DNA of 63,984 bases, counting the filler, from Alloascoidea hylecoeti (lineage: Eukaryota), in assembly GCA_001600815.1 (NCBI GenBank). It is 11 parts of 9 records of this genome, joined end to end, with 100 filler letters (N's around TTAATTAATTAA, not from the genome) between each part and the next. Parts side by side here need not be neighbours in the genome. Positions count along the whole stretch, not along the records: positions 1 to 26,954 come from BCKZ01000009.1; 10 more parts are not named here. One strand, written 5' to 3'. The stretch's first letter is position 1, and the number at the start of each line of letters is the position of its first letter. The notes under the pieces are model-generated. The model did no database searches, was not told where the DNA came from, and saw nothing but the letters and a program-made list of their open reading frames with translations. Positions 11,719-24,872 of the stretch are shown one piece after another. A program made the translations under genes and the position numbers.

Positions 11719-12906
11719 TTATAACGATATTACCGTTCCGTGCGGATGTTTGCTGGATTTCTCCAACGCTTTAATTGCACTTTTCTTGATAATTGCCTTC
11801 TTTTCTGCTTCCAGTCTTTCGGATCCAACGGCAATTGCTCGCGAATTCAACAAGCAATCATTAAGAATCACGTTCTGCCACTCGGTGTGTTTCAAGCATT
11901 TTCGCTTTTCTTTCAGACAAACACAATCCAATGGGGCTTCAAATCCTCCTTCTTCTTGAACATCTCCATTTTCAAACTTTTCTAAAGCTGAATTGAAAAC
12001 CTCTTCGGATATTGGCCAGTCACAACTTTGTAGCACTTCTTTTCCTTTGGGAGAATTGTACCATGCTTCCCATTGTTCAAAATTAAGCCATAATCTGGAA
12101 TCAAACCCACATACATCCTTCTTTTTAACACCATGCTTGTTTGCCATCAGTTGATTCAAATCCCGCGTTCTTGTTGTTGTTTTCGATAAATAATATTGTC
12201 TTTCAACATTATATCGACTTTGATTTTGTAAATCGTGTATTTTACTTCTAATAATTGTTAATCTTTCATCTTCTTCAGTTGAAATATTTAAACTTTTCAA
12301 TTGTGGGAATTCATGTCCCATTAATTTAAATCTTTTAAAGCTTGTATGTTTAACAACATTGCTTAAATCATGTAAATCAATAGATACTTTTTTTTGTGGT
12401 TTATTAATATCACCATTTATAAATAATTCTTTTCTAAAAAACAATAATCCATGATCTTTACAACAAAATTTTGATTTTCTACCATTTATTTGTTCACCAA
12501 CTGGATTCATACATCCAATTAATCGGCATTTACGTCTCCATTTAGTTTCACCATTTAGCTCATCACCACCAGAAGCAACGTGCTTCGCTTTGCAATTAGG
12601 ACAGATATAACGTAATAAGAGCCCTTGCTCTGATTCTTTGATACCAACGCATTTCCCATGAAACCAGTCATTACAGTCTTCACATCCAACCATAAAAGTG
12701 CCATCATCTGGTTTCCGACATATACAGTATACTTCTTTGCCCTTGTAAATATTTTCGGGTATAGGTGTTGTTGTATTACTTAGCGTATTATCACCATGGG
12801 CCTTCCGTTTCTTGGCATCTTCTGCTTGCTTGAAAGACTTCCGTCCCTTTGTGGGGCCTTTGGATTTTGATGATTTTGCTGGAACAGATGGTGTTATCAC
12901 CTCCAT
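11719..12906 (-). CDS. SPP1: COMPASS/Set1C PHD-finger subunit
   Basis: YCICRKPDDGTFMVGCEDCNDWFHGKCV PHD finger; WRRKCRLIGC..SKFCCKDHG; C-terminal CLKEKRKCLKHTEW. Confidence 0.9.
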   Translation of the reverse strand: MEVITPSVPAKSSKSKGPTKGRKSFKQAEDAKKRKAHGDNTLSNTTTPIPENIYKGKEVYCICRKPDDGTFMVGCEDCNDWFHGKCVGIKESEQGLLLRYICPNCKAKHVASGGDELNGETKWRRKCRLIGCMNPVGEQINGRKSKFCCKDHGLLFFRKELFINGDINKPQKKVSIDLHDLSNVVKHTSFKRFKLMGHEFPQLKSLNISTEEDERLTIIRSKIHDLQNQSRYNVERQYYLSKTTTRTRDLNQLMANKHGVKKKDVCGFDSRLWLNFEQWEAWYNSPKGKEVLQSCDWPISEEVFNSALEKFENGDVQEEGGFEAPLDCVCLKEKRKCLKHTEWQNVILNDCLLNSRAIAVGSERLEAEKKAIIKKSAIKALEKSSKHPHGTVISL

Positions 12907-13049
12907 AGTTAATATTTTTGTTTTTTATTCAATTTTGGTAAAAACGAAACATCAAAAACCTAATTAAAACATCCATACATCAACTTTAAAATTTGTCCAA
13001 TAAATTCATCTGAATTGCTAATACCCAAATCTAGTATATAGTTGTAATA

Positions 13050-14129
13050 ATGGATCTGAAAGATAAGAAATTAACACAATTACCACCTGAGCCATTAAAA
13101 TTATCTGCGGAAACTGTCAGGTCAGCTGGGTCAATTGCTGGAGATTCTACTATCATTACTACTAATGCTGATAACAGTACACATTTAGATAAATCAATTA
13201 CACAAACATCTTCTTCAAATTCAAAATTATCAAAGATAATTCTCATACTTTCTAAATTTCAAAAATATTCTTCTTATGTTTTCACTATATTTGTAGGACT
13301 TCATGCTAGTGCTGTTCTTGTTGCACCTTTAATTTCAACTGATACAGCAAATGAAGTAATGATGATAGGAAGGACAATATATCAAGCACCAATTTTAGAA
13401 GAAACGATAGTTTATTCTTCATGTGCTATTCATGTTGCTGCTGGGATTGGAATACGTGTTATTAAAAACTATCGAACTCAAAAATTATACGGTAAATCAA
13501 CAAAAGAATTGAAAAAAGCTAAAAAATTGACAAAAAATACTGTTAAAGTTAATTTAAATTCATATGAAAATAATAATAAAAAATATCATGATAGTTATGG
13601 ACTTGGTGGTGTAACTGATCTTTTAGGATTAGGTCCTAAAAAAAGTTGGATTTATAATAAGTTTGGTGTTACTCCATTACAATTTTCAGGTTATTGTCTA
13701 ATTCCTATAATATCTGGTCATATTTTCACGATGAGAATTGTTCCATTGTTATTAGATGGTGATTCTTCTTTATTATCAATAAGGTATATAAGCCATTCAT
13801 TAACGAAGAAATTTACTCAAACATTCTTTGCTTTAACGTGTCTCGTTGGAGTATCAAGCTATCATTTCATTTTAGGTTGGTTTAAATATCTAAAAATATC
13901 ACAAAAGAAAAAAGGACGTAAAACAGGATATATTTTAATTTTATCAACTTATCTTTTAATGTTAATATCCGTATATAAATTGCGCTCTTCTGGACCAGAG
14001 TTTGGATTCCTGGCTAAACCCTATGATAAATGGAGTAATTATTTGAATGAATTAGTTTTTAAAATTCCAACTATTGCAAAATTGCATCTTGATTCTTTTT
14101 TAAATGGTCTTAATTCCCGATCTATATGA
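13050..14129 (+). CDS. MCP1: Mitochondrial outer-membrane adapter Mcp1-like (DUF1691)
   Basis: QKYSSYVFTIFVGLH, MIGRTIYQ, HVAAG, SGYCLIP..GH, YHFILG motifs; several TM segments. Confidence 0.75.
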   Translation: MDLKDKKLTQLPPEPLKLSAETVRSAGSIAGDSTIITTNADNSTHLDKSITQTSSSNSKLSKIILILSKFQKYSSYVFTIFVGLHASAVLVAPLISTDTANEVMMIGRTIYQAPILEETIVYSSCAIHVAAGIGIRVIKNYRTQKLYGKSTKELKKAKKLTKNTVKVNLNSYENNNKKYHDSYGLGGVTDLLGLGPKKSWIYNKFGVTPLQFSGYCLIPIISGHIFTMRIVPLLLDGDSSLLSIRYISHSLTKKFTQTFFALTCLVGVSSYHFILGWFKYLKISQKKKGRKTGYILILSTYLLMLISVYKLRSSGPEFGFLAKPYDKWSNYLNELVFKIPTIAKLHLDSFLNGLNSRSI

Positions 14130-14514
14130 AAAAATGACATTATTGATAGACCTTAATAGTTTCCTTCTAATTGTTACATCAAGTTTAGATATATCTGTTT
14201 CCATAATATAAAATTTACCACTCACTTAAAAAATGAATTAACTTCTATTATAAAATATAAAGCTCGAGGTCCAGTTCATTTAATATTTAAAGAAACCAAA
14301 TCAACTTCCCATGATTTTCAAAATGCAATAAGTCAAATTTCATTTACCTAAAATATCTAATTCCAAGTTTAGTAATCGATTTCAACACACGGAACATGAA
14401 CAGAACAAAGATTTGACCATTGATCATTTATATTGTTTTAATGGAATGTCAAGCTGACTTACCTACGTGTCTACAACTTACTCTTGAAAAATATACATGA
14501 ACTTCTTAATCTCC

Positions 14515-16251
14515 CTACCCCTTTAATGCAAACCTTGACTTTTCTCTTATTCTTTTACCATACTTAAAAAACAAGAAAGGAACTGGGCAAAGCGCTAAGG
14601 AAAAAATTCCAAGAAGAAGACCTGCCCAATTAAAACCCATACCATCAAACATGTAGGTAGCAAATAATGGGAATATCGCACCTAAGAGAGAACGACAAAT
14701 TGTATTACCAGCCAAACATGAAGCAACTACTGGTAAATATGTATCAACAAGATAATTAATACATGAAAGAAATACACACAAGATACCCATACCCGAGAAA
14801 ACTCCAGATACAATTGGAATCACCCAATGCACATGATCAGCATAATAACAGGTCCAAGTAAACCAAATAAATCCAATAGGAATAAGCCAACAAGTAAACA
14901 TCATTGGAGGTAATCTTGCTTCTGGTACAGCTTTTCCACCATTCTTTTCAATGGCTCTGACATATCTTGGCTCATAAAGTATACATATAATTCCTCCAAG
15001 GAATTGCCCAAGACAAAACCCAATGTATGGTACTTCCGCTTTACCTCCTGTCCAATGATAAAAATTTTCATATCCATATGGATAAGCCGTTAAAAACAAA
15101 TATAACACACCATAGATAAATGAATTATAGATTGTTATAAGTAACATTATTGGTTCTCCTAACATTTTCAATGGTCTCGTAAAATTATTGGTGACTATCT
15201 CTTTTAATGATAGTTTAAACTCTTCATGTGAAGCCCGGATACCCCAATTCCCCGTTCGTCGTCTCAATTTCTCAGCTTTTTCTATCAGAATAACTGGATG
15301 ATAACTCTCAGGACAGAAGAATATAGACATTATGAATGCAAATGCACCAATAATACCTGTGATATATTCTGTCCATCTCCAACCTAAACTTTTATCACTC
15401 GACATGAATGCACCAGCGATTGGGGCAAGATTGGGACCTATTACGATACAAGCAGAATAAATTGCAACTGCTATTCCTCTTGAATGTATGTCATATAAAT
15501 CGGTAAAGGCACTACCACCAACAACCATTTGTGATGCACCAAAGAAACCCGCAAAGAATCTACATATCATAATAGATTGAATATCTTTGGAAGTTGCAAC
15601 AGCAAATTGGAAACATGTGCAAATAAAACAAGATCCTAACAATACCATTCTTCGACCATATAGCTCAGACAACGGAGCCCAAATGTTTGGCCCAGTGACA
15701 AACCCAAGAACATAAAGAGAAATTCCTAAAATTCCAACCTCTTGTGACACACCATATTCAGCACATACATAAGGAATTGCGGCAGAAAATGCAGAGGAGC
15801 CCCAAGACACCACAAATGCCTGGCATCCTAAGCAGAATGATGATAAAATTTTCTTTGTAAGGCTCCAGTTATAAGGATGTGTGGGATCATCGGGGCCATC
15901 AAACTCAACCGTATATGCAGCAACATCAGGTAACATAGGTGGATAGTCTTTTCCTCTTCCCATTAATGGCAATGGATCACCACTAGATTTAGATAATAAT
16001 GACTCTTTCCCAACACTTGAAAGAACCCGTTCAAGCCGCTCCTGTTCATCTAAGTTTTCTTGCAGTCTACTTGATGCTCGACTTGCAGTTGATGTTTGTC
16101 GCTCAAGTGAATTTAAGTTTATATCTTTACCAAGTTCATACTCTTCTGGTTTCTCAACTTCCTCACTTTTAATGGAATTTGTGGATATCGATTTATTGCT
16201 GTTGGAATGTTTACCATAAGTATGTTTAGAACTTTGATCGGTATCACTCAT
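14515..16251 (-). CDS. MFS DHA1 multidrug/polyamine transporter (Tpo1/Flu1-like)
   Basis: VEFDGPDDPTHPYNW, WAPLSELYGRR, GWRWTEY, PEARLPPMM; about 12 TM helices. Confidence 0.93.
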   Translation of the reverse strand: MSDTDQSSKHTYGKHSNSNKSISTNSIKSEEVEKPEEYELGKDINLNSLERQTSTASRASSRLQENLDEQERLERVLSSVGKESLLSKSSGDPLPLMGRGKDYPPMLPDVAAYTVEFDGPDDPTHPYNWSLTKKILSSFCLGCQAFVVSWGSSAFSAAIPYVCAEYGVSQEVGILGISLYVLGFVTGPNIWAPLSELYGRRMVLLGSCFICTCFQFAVATSKDIQSIMICRFFAGFFGASQMVVGGSAFTDLYDIHSRGIAVAIYSACIVIGPNLAPIAGAFMSSDKSLGWRWTEYITGIIGAFAFIMSIFFCPESYHPVILIEKAEKLRRRTGNWGIRASHEEFKLSLKEIVTNNFTRPLKMLGEPIMLLITIYNSFIYGVLYLFLTAYPYGYENFYHWTGGKAEVPYIGFCLGQFLGGIICILYEPRYVRAIEKNGGKAVPEARLPPMMFTCWLIPIGFIWFTWTCYYADHVHWVIPIVSGVFSGMGILCVFLSCINYLVDTYLPVVASCLAGNTICRSLLGAIFPLFATYMFDGMGFNWAGLLLGIFSLALCPVPFLFFKYGKRIREKSRFALKG

Positions 16252-17189
16252 CTTTCGAAGTCAGTTAACACCTTAGATGTGTCAAAATATTTTATTGTAC
16301 AGATGATCCTCTAATGTTAAACCAATATTGTATATTTGGAAAATTAATGCGATGCCCTGTTAATTTATAATCATTATTTCAAGTTCTGATTATAATTTCT
16401 TATAACGGAGAAAAGAGGAAGTTTTATAGAGCGGAAGACATTCTTCTTTGGTAACAGAAACATTATGCGTGGAGTTCAATAACAATATTAATAATATCAT
16501 TTAATTTACATGACAAGTCTAACGAAATTACTATTATAATCACAATACCAAGCCTTAAAAAATTGAGAAAAGCTTGGCCGTGGCTTGAATAGATGTAAGA
16601 TTAATGCTAGCGCTATGTTAACAGTATATTAATACTTTAACACTACTTCTATATATATATATATGAAAGAAAATTAACGCAACTACAGTATATATAGCCA
16701 TAGAGCAACAATTCAATCAGAAATAATACGTGATCTTTATATAAGGCTCGCGATTGAAATATTTATGCCTTATATTAATTGTATATTTATTATTTATAGA
16801 TCTGATCTCTTCGCCGCGTAACTAACATAAATTATTCTTCAAATCCGTTGAGACCATTAATATTTGAACCCCTTGTTAAATTTAAATATAAACTGATAAT
16901 ATAATGATGATCATGATATATTTCAACGTTTAACGCTCTTGGCCTTAAGGTTGAGCTTATAGTGGCTTAACTTTGCAGATTTCTCTACATCGTATAACTT
17001 TTTGCGAGAGATCAATTGCAATTAGAATTTACATCTCACTTTATATCAATATGTATTACAATACGATTGTGATCCGAATAGAGCCCGTATTATACACCCT
17101 GCTTGAAATTTGAAAATGTCTTACAATTATAATAAAACGACGGGTCTAGTCAGCCGTAAACATTGATAATCCAACAAAGGTGATCGGCC

Positions 17190-17302
17190 ACCAGAGGGAA
17201 TGAAGGACCAGCAAGTTATTAGATGACCCTATACGTATACGATCAAAGGCGTACAATCTAATAGCTAATCAATAGTAACCATCACCATAACAATCACTAC
17301 CC
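17190..17302. repeat. Dispersed repeat (solo-LTR or MITE-like), second copy at ~36771-36868
   Basis: GGAAYGAAGGACCASCAAG..TGAC..TATACGATC..TAACCATCAC..TAACAATCAC shared in direct orientation. Confidence 0.6.
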
Positions 17303-18352
17303 ATTTAGTTTGGATATTTCTTAGATACTCCTATATAGTTAGCTAACTAAACATCTCACTGTTAATACACTTAAGCTTGCTTTAAATATTTACGCCACAG
17401 GAAAAACAGTACTCACATTACAATGATTGCATACTTAGTTACTTTTATTACTTGCTTTGTCCTGAAACAAAAGGTTTAATAAATATTCCTCCTAGTTAAA
17501 ACAAAATAATCAGCCGTACCCCTACACGCAAATAAAGCTTATGTAATAATTAAACACAATATTAATTGGCTTCCTCATTTTGAGTATATACTTATATACC
17601 TTTATATAGATTACTATATTAAGACTCAAACATAATTACAAAAATTCAAATTCCAAAAGCATTTCTTTAAATACTTATCCCCTCTGAACAATAAATACGA
17701 TATAAGGTAATTATAATATAGCTGAATACAACGGTTGAATTGAAATTTCAGCCGACAAAGAGTGGTGAGAGAAAATCCATAGGCTTCTATCTGTCTTATG
17801 AGATTACTAATTAGTAACTATAAGAACATAAAATTAAGTCTGTAAACTTATAATTCCTATAATAGTAAGGCTGGAATGATTCTATTCTAGTACAAGTACA
17901 TTGCATATGCGTAATATATTGTAAAAATTCCGCATAGTTAATATAAATATAAAGCCTGCAGTAGATTAACCCCATAATATTATAATGATATTGCAGTTAA
18001 CTCCTAAAAAGGAAATTAAGGTGGCTGCTCCTCTTCTACTCTAATTAATTTCGCCACGCAGTTTTGAGCTTATTATTAGGCCTGACCTTTGTTTCTCCTT
18101 TTTAAATTTTACCTTGATTTTTCACTACCCATAAACTCATACTTACACTTAATTCTTTATTATCTTAATTAGCTTGATAATTATCCACAAGATGACACTA
18201 CGGATATTGATCGGTATTTTGATACTCTTGAATTAGACTCTACATTTTGAAGCAATTTTGATGTCATGAATTAACTTCATACAGAAATCACAGATTTACT
18301 GCCTATATAGTGATATTGTTGTTGTCTCTGAGATTGAATCTCTTTTTCTTTT

Positions 18353-18909
18353 TTAACGGCAGTCATCAATGGTCCGTGTTCTTTGCATTCTAATTTCGCT
18401 AACAAAGTCGGGGAAGTAGTCGATAAAATAATCTATGTGGAAAATAGTGAGTTCATCTTCTTGAAATCTCAAATGCAACTCGGTTTCAATACCTTCACCA
18501 AGCCTACCTTCAGAACTGTATCCATAATGTTCCAATAATCTAAACAATAATAAAGATTCCACAGATAAGTTAGGCTCGGAGATTATGTTTTTATAACCAA
18601 GTAATATCTGCTCCCACGACTTCCCACCAGCAGAAAATAGATCTCGGTACATCTTAAAGAGATCTCAGATGCTGAACCCTTCAGGTGTTCCAATCTTATT
18701 AAACATCACACTGGGGTTTAATGCGACAGTACAAAGTCTCTGATAGACCCGCATTTCAAGATCAGATAATGATATGATCTTTCAGTAACTTTCCAGAGAT
18801 CCGGGCGAACCTTTGTCAAAGCTCTTTCTAACCTTGTAGACCAAACCGAGTGATTTCCCTCGTTATAATGAAACTCAGATGGCGAACGAATTATGTTGCG
18901 GTTGCCCAA
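18353..18909 (-). pseudogene. Broken ORF, possibly copia-type gag-derived
   Basis: Two successive ORF pieces; GNHSVWSTRLERAL..DLWKV resembles the copia gag N-terminal NY..W..R...L...LW pattern. Confidence 0.35.
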
Positions 18910-19967
18910 AGCATTGTTGACTGGACTAAAACTTGTGAAGAGTTGGTAGCTTCGTCTGTTTTACACCAGACATGTGGACAATAAAGAGTAAAGAATTCAG
19001 AATAAGCAGAATTGTTATGTATTTCAAATTAAAGACTTAACTTACTTGATAGATTGACTTTCCGTATGAAGGGAAATAATACATTCTAATTACTTCTTAT
19101 TCATCGACAAAAAAAGTACATAATAAAAACATATCTAAAACAAGTACTTTTAATAAAAACAAAATTACAACACTTGCTATGTTCTATATATTAACAGAAA
19201 TAGACACGCATATAAACGCAACTAAGAATCTTTCCGAACAGTCAGAAATCCTAATATATCCTATACTATAAATCTAGTAAATCTACTAATCCATTGATCC
19301 TAATGTCATATTTTATTTAGCTTTATCTCCAATCGACATTCTTAAAATTTTTATGTCATTTACTTAACTATTTATTAGGAGATTCCATCTATTTTAGTAT
19401 TTTGAGTTTAAACTTTCTCAATTAAAAGATTTCTTGTATATTGTCAATCGTAAACTTTAACATTGGACTATATATTATTAAAGTTTTTGTCTAGTGTCTT
19501 TATTTATTGCTTATTTCTTTTGGGGCACTGAATTAACCAGGGAATGGCCAATCATTTAATTAAGATTTTTCAATACGTGCAAGCTCATTGACAGGAACGT
19601 GAAAAAAAGAGTGGAGTCTTCTAAATTTTGAACCTTTCTCTGTTTCCGGATTTTTCCTTTTTGATATCGATATTAACCCTTTTGGTTTAAAGTTGGGTAT
19701 TTTAAAAAGTTAAATTTGACATATTTGGCCGATGATCTCCTGAACTCCAATTGTTATTACGAATACTAATCAGATATCTGAGATACTTTTCACGCATTAT
19801 GGGTTATACCAAACTTGCGTTGAACATTACAAATCGCATCTGCTTAATAATCACAACCAAAACAGATAATACAAGTAAAAAGTTGACACTTATAGCCATA
19901 TATCAATGATAGTAAAACTATTATTAAAAACAAATAATAACAAAATGGGTAAAACTATCAAAATTAT

Positions 19968-21539
19968 TTATTTTCCATGTGCTTTAAACAATAGGGTAAC
20001 AGCTTCAGCAACCCTATTACATCCCTCAACAATTTGTTCATCATTATCAACAAAAGCATATGTTAATCTAATGAAATTAGTTAGTTTACTCACTCTTGGT
20101 GAAGATGCCATCTTATTGCCTAAAACAACATCAACACCAGTAACAGCACAATAGGCATTATATTCATCTAATAAATCTCTATAATCAATTTCATCCTTTG
20201 GAGTATCTTTTGGAATCAATTGATCAAGATTGATTCTGATACCACCAAACATACCAGCAGCTGGTTCAACAACTGTATAAAACCCTTTTTTATAAGCTTC
20301 TGATGAATATAGGGAATTTAAAAATGTATACGCTCGTCTATTGTAAGTTGTTTTAACCTTTAGGATCCATTTAATCCAACCTTCAAATCCACCCCAGTGT
20401 TTTCTAATAATGTTTTCTAAAATAGCTTGAGAAGCACCACTAACACCTTTTGATGTAATCATACTATGTATACCGATACGTTTAATGAAATCTTCGTGGG
20501 CAACTAAAAATCCAACTCTGAGACCAGGGGCAAAAACTTTAGAAAATGTTTCCAATCGAATAACACGACCTTTTGTATCTAGAGTTAAATAAGATGGTGA
20601 TAATTCTTCCTTGAGAAACTTTTCAACATCTGTTGTTGGTGTTGGAGGAGAACCTTTAACAAACTTTGGATGTACTAAATATCCATATGGATCATCTTCT
20701 AGAATTACCAAGTCATGTTTTTCAGCAATTGCATAAATTTTCTTACGTCTTTCTAAAGATTGAGTAAGACCAGTTGGATTTTGGCCAGTTGGAATTGTAT
20801 ATAAAACTTTTGGTTTCTTCAAATCGGATTGATCTGGATTAGATCCCCAATTTGTCAATAAATCATCTAATGCCTCTGGAATAATACCTTCGTCAAAATC
20901 CATAGGAGTTGGATAAGGCACACCACCAGAATCCCTAATCATATGAAACACGGGACTAAATGTCAACTCTTCCGTTAAAACCGTATCACCTGGGTTAACT
21001 AATAAATCGAATGCTTTATGGATACCATCACCAGCTCCATGAGAAAGATGAACTTTCCAATTATCAAAAGCAGGAGGATTAACTCTGGAGATAAAATCGG
21101 TAATAAAATTCAGAAATGATGGAGCACCAACGGTACCACCATATTGGAATGCTTCAGCGATTACCAAAGCCTTTTCACCCGGAGTTTTAAATTTATTAAC
21201 ATCAACCAATAAAGCAGGATCAACAACTTCCCTTTCTGTTTTAATGGGTGTGGGGTCAACAACGGTATCATTCTTCTGTTTTACATCCTTGCTGAGAAAC
21301 ACAGGTTGTGCGATATCCTCCTTTTTCCCATAAGGCACATCAGGACCTTCAGAAATCTGGAGTGTGATCTTATTAACAGGATAAAAGATTGGATTCGGAG
21401 CACCGGCTTGGAAATAGATGGGTTTTGGATGTGCTACAAATCCTTCGGGCAATTCCTTTTTTGAGGTGAAATGAGATACATATCTGCTGAGAGATCTCTT
21501 TGAGATATGGTCGTTTGGAATAAATTCAGTAACAGTCAT
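19968..21539 (-). CDS. ARO9: Aromatic amino acid aminotransferase, class I/II PLP (Aro9-like); likely start MTVTEF at 21539
   Basis: KPKVLYTIPTGQNPTG, ILEDDPYGYL, RVIRLETFSKVFAPGLRVG (PLP Lys). Confidence 0.85.
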   Translation of the reverse strand: MTVTEFIPNDHISKRSLSRYVSHFTSKKELPEGFVAHPKPIYFQAGAPNPIFYPVNKITLQISEGPDVPYGKKEDIAQPVFLSKDVKQKNDTVVDPTPIKTEREVVDPALLVDVNKFKTPGEKALVIAEAFQYGGTVGAPSFLNFITDFISRVNPPAFDNWKVHLSHGAGDGIHKAFDLLVNPGDTVLTEELTFSPVFHMIRDSGGVPYPTPMDFDEGIIPEALDDLLTNWGSNPDQSDLKKPKVLYTIPTGQNPTGLTQSLERRKKIYAIAEKHDLVILEDDPYGYLVHPKFVKGSPPTPTTDVEKFLKEELSPSYLTLDTKGRVIRLETFSKVFAPGLRVGFLVAHEDFIKRIGIHSMITSKGVSGASQAILENIIRKHWGGFEGWIKWILKVKTTYNRRAYTFLNSLYSSEAYKKGFYTVVEPAAGMFGGIRINLDQLIPKDTPKDEIDYRDLLDEYNAYCAVTGVDVVLGNKMASSPRVSKLTNFIRLTYAFVDNDEQIVEGCNRVAEAVTLLFKAHGK

Positions 21540-21600
21540 TTTTAAAGGTAATAAATGAGAAGAGGAGAAAAAAATGGTTAGCAGGGAATCATGGTTCTTA

Positions 21601-21648
21601 TATAATTTCAAGATTAACTTTTCGTATAATATTTCAAGATTAACTTTT
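21601..21648. repeat. Tandem direct repeat (ATTTCAAGATTAACTTTT x2) in the aminotransferase promoter
   Basis: Direct reading. Confidence 0.7.
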
Positions 21649-22077
21649 TTCGGATGGACCTACTGCTGCCGTACGCCAATCTAATATTCTGATAAGGTCT
21701 TTTTCTCCTCCCTATCTATCTGTCTCACAACCACAAACAGAAGATTAAAAAAAAAATTATTAAATATCAATTTCTCATCCGTTCAGCTATCTTCAACAAC
21801 ACGGTTTGAAAATTGACACAAATAAACATAAAAGATCTACTTCAACCCTATTTTTCAGATCTAGAAAAATGACTAATTAATATATGTTGTCATTTTCCTA
21901 TAAAATGAATATTATCACGTGTAAAATGCGTTTATCGTTGTAATTAGCTATAGCGGTAGAAATATTGTAGCGATGATAATTACCAGTAATATAATAAATA
22001 CTCTTAAGCTTCTAGATCTTCTTCTTCTATTGTAGAAATATAAAACCATATAGAAATCTATAGAAATGGTAGAAACT

Positions 22078-23445
22078 TTATATATCATCATCCTCATCTC
22101 CTCCATCTAAATAATTTATATCTTCAGCTTTTACATATTGATCAATCACCGATTGTGTAACTTCTCTACTATCAATAAATTCATCCAAATCATCTGCAAA
22201 CATCGGAAATTTCCTATAACTATCCAGGAATGCATTTCTACTAATGAATCTATCATATTGAGAGCATGCTGTTTTTAATACAGAAGCAATATTTGTATGA
22301 TTTGAAAGCATTAGACCTACTGTATTATTATGTTTCTTTTTGGTAAGATAAGGAGATTTAACTCCTTGTGCAACATGAATTCCAGTTGGACCCCATGGTA
22401 CAAATCTCGTCCGTTGTTGAGCTTTTAATATTCCTTTTCTTAAATCTATTTGATCAATATCACCACATAAGATATCAAATATAGAAATATAAGCACCATC
22501 GGATACTTGCGTATCAATTGATGCCATTCTATTTTTCTTATCAAGTAATTCTAAAACAACATCATAAGCATTTGATTTTCTAACTTCTTTTGCCTGTTGG
22601 ACGAAATCTCCTGTAAAAGGAGTATAACTTGTTGTTAAAAAATGTAATTCTGGATTTGGTATCATTGTTGATAAAATACTTGTTAAACTGTTATACATAT
22701 AACCAGGATATCTTAATGTATTTGTATATGAAGATAAAACTGTTGAAACTAATTGATTACTTTGAGTAAAAGTTGGATTTTGAATTGAAAGATTTGTAAG
22801 TGCTAATTGATGTAAAGCTTTATTCTCAAAAACAAGTACTGCATCAGCATTTTTGGCTAATCTTTTTAAAGTCAAAATTGTATTATATGGCTGAACAACA
22901 ACATCTGATGATTGCGGAAATATTGAAACAGTTTGAATTAATTTTTTAGGAAATCTATCATTAACACATTCTAATAGATAAGATCCAACACCACTACCAG
23001 TACCACCAGCAACTGAATGGGTTAACATGAAACCTTCTAATGATTCACTGCCATCAGCTTCACGATCCAACATATCTAGAAAGACATCGGCTTTCTTTTC
23101 AGCATGATCAAACCCCATTGCCCAATTATTACCAGCACCACCACCTTCTGGAGCCATATAAATATTTCTTGGATTAAACACGCCACCATATTTGCCGGTT
23201 GTTATTGTATTAATTACCCTTGGTTCCAAATCAATCAAAACTGATCTGGGTGTATAACGACCATCTTCCGATTGATAAAAGAATACATCAGTTCTGTCGA
23301 GTTTCTTATTGGGATCATCTGCTGGGAGTATGACACGTGTACCATCAGGTTGAATGCCATGTTCGATAAACAGTTGTTCCCAGAATTGAACACCTATTTG
23401 ATTACCACACTGGCCTGCTTGAATTGATATAATCTCACCTGGCAT
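22078..23445 (-). CDS. TUB4: Gamma-tubulin
   Basis: [45 protein letters not shown]. Confidence 0.97.
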   Translation of the reverse strand: MPGEIISIQAGQCGNQIGVQFWEQLFIEHGIQPDGTRVILPADDPNKKLDRTDVFFYQSEDGRYTPRSVLIDLEPRVINTITTGKYGGVFNPRNIYMAPEGGGAGNNWAMGFDHAEKKADVFLDMLDREADGSESLEGFMLTHSVAGGTGSGVGSYLLECVNDRFPKKLIQTVSIFPQSSDVVVQPYNTILTLKRLAKNADAVLVFENKALHQLALTNLSIQNPTFTQSNQLVSTVLSSYTNTLRYPGYMYNSLTSILSTMIPNPELHFLTTSYTPFTGDFVQQAKEVRKSNAYDVVLELLDKKNRMASIDTQVSDGAYISIFDILCGDIDQIDLRKGILKAQQRTRFVPWGPTGIHVAQGVKSPYLTKKKHNNTVGLMLSNHTNIASVLKTACSQYDRFISRNAFLDSYRKFPMFADDLDEFIDSREVTQSVIDQYVKAEDINYLDGGDEDDDI

Positions 23446-23987
23446 TTCGAAGATATTATCAATCCTAGGTTTTACAGTTATGTAACATAAAAAAGATATC
23501 GTGTAACATTTTTACGCGTCAGGGCACAAAACCAAAAAATAAATAAACAGAAAACTATAAATTTAAAGAAAAATCAAAAAACTTGGAATAAAACTCGAAA
23601 AAGTAAACTGTTTAATCACAATAAGGTATTTATATTAATTACACCTTCCAACGGAAGTTTTATCCTCAAAATTTCAAAGTTCACTGTTAGCGCTGTGTAT
23701 ATTTCAGTCTGGCGAGCAAAGTATAGCATGAAACCGTTGGGTTTATATTTCTGAAATTATTTGAAAACAAGCATTTTGCAATCGATAAAAGATTTGAATA
23801 TTTATGTAAGATTAACATTGAAAAGTTGTTCAATTTGCAAAGAAGATCTCCGTGTAACTCGTAGCAAATTAAATCCATTTTGTAAGGGGCCCTGGATCAC
23901 ATGACTCCGTCCGTTGTTTCACGGCTATAAAAGCATAAATCAGCTCCAATCCATTTTAGCTTTCTCCGTCCCTCAACATCATCGAAA

Positions 23988-24872
23988 ATGTCCTCCAATT
24001 TTGATGTCAATTCACTTATTGAACTGACTAAACAGGAATCCTTCGTTCCTTTGGCCGCTCTTGGTGCCTCGGTGTTGGTCATTTTGGTCTCGGTGATCTA
24101 CTACGTCGTTTCATCCAAGGAAAGACCAGTCTTAAATCCAACGGAATTTAAACAGTTCCCTTTAATAAAGAAGACTCCACTTTCACATAACTCGGCAGTT
24201 TACAAATTTGCTTTACCCCGTGCTACAGATTACTTAGGTTTGCCAATCGGCCAACACGTTTCAATTTCTGCCAACATCAATGGTAAAGAAATTGTTCGTT
24301 CCTACACTCCAACTTCTACTGATGAAGAAAAAGGGTTTTTCGATCTATTGATCAAAGCTTATCCCAACGGTAACATCTCAAAACATATCGCCGAATTAAA
24401 TATTGGAGAAAATATCAACGTGCGAGGTCCAAAAGGTTTTTTCAACTATACTCCTAATATGGTAAGAGAATTCGGTATGGTTGCTGGTGGTACAGGTATT
24501 ACTCCAATGTATCAAATCATTACTGCCATTGCTAGAAACCCAGAAGATAAAACAATCGTTAATCTTATTTTCGCCAATGTTAATGAAGAAGATATTTTAT
24601 TGAAACCTGAATTAGATCTTTTAGCTGCTACTTGTCCAAATATTAATATTTATTATGTTTTAAATAATCCACCTGAAAATTGGTCTGGTGGTGTTGGTTT
24701 CGTTACACCTGATATTTTAGAACAAAATTTACCAAAAGCTTCTGATGATGTTAAAATACTTTTATGTGGTCCTCCCCCAATGGTTAGTGCTATTAAGAAA
24801 GCTCTTGTTGGTCTTGGATTTCAAAAAGCAAAACCCGTTTCAAAACTTCCTGATCAAATTTTTGCTTTTTAA
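23988..24872 (+). CDS. CBR1: NADH-cytochrome b5 reductase
   Basis: N-terminal TM anchor, [33 protein letters not shown], terminal F. Confidence 0.95.
   Translation: MSSNFDVNSLIELTKQESFVPLAALGASVLVILVSVIYYVVSSKERPVLNPTEFKQFPLIKKTPLSHNSAVYKFALPRATDYLGLPIGQHVSISANINGKEIVRSYTPTSTDEEKGFFDLLIKAYPNGNISKHIAELNIGENINVRGPKGFFNYTPNMVREFGMVAGGTGITPMYQIITAIARNPEDKTIVNLIFANVNEEDILLKPELDLLAATCPNINIYYVLNNPPENWSGGVGFVTPDILEQNLPKASDDVKILLCGPPPMVSAIKKALVGLGFQKAKPVSKLPDQIFAF

Noticed and set aside
11454..11774. ORFs between ISU1 and SPP1
   Set aside because: GC-rich ISU1 promoter region with a CCAAT box; no protein-like features.
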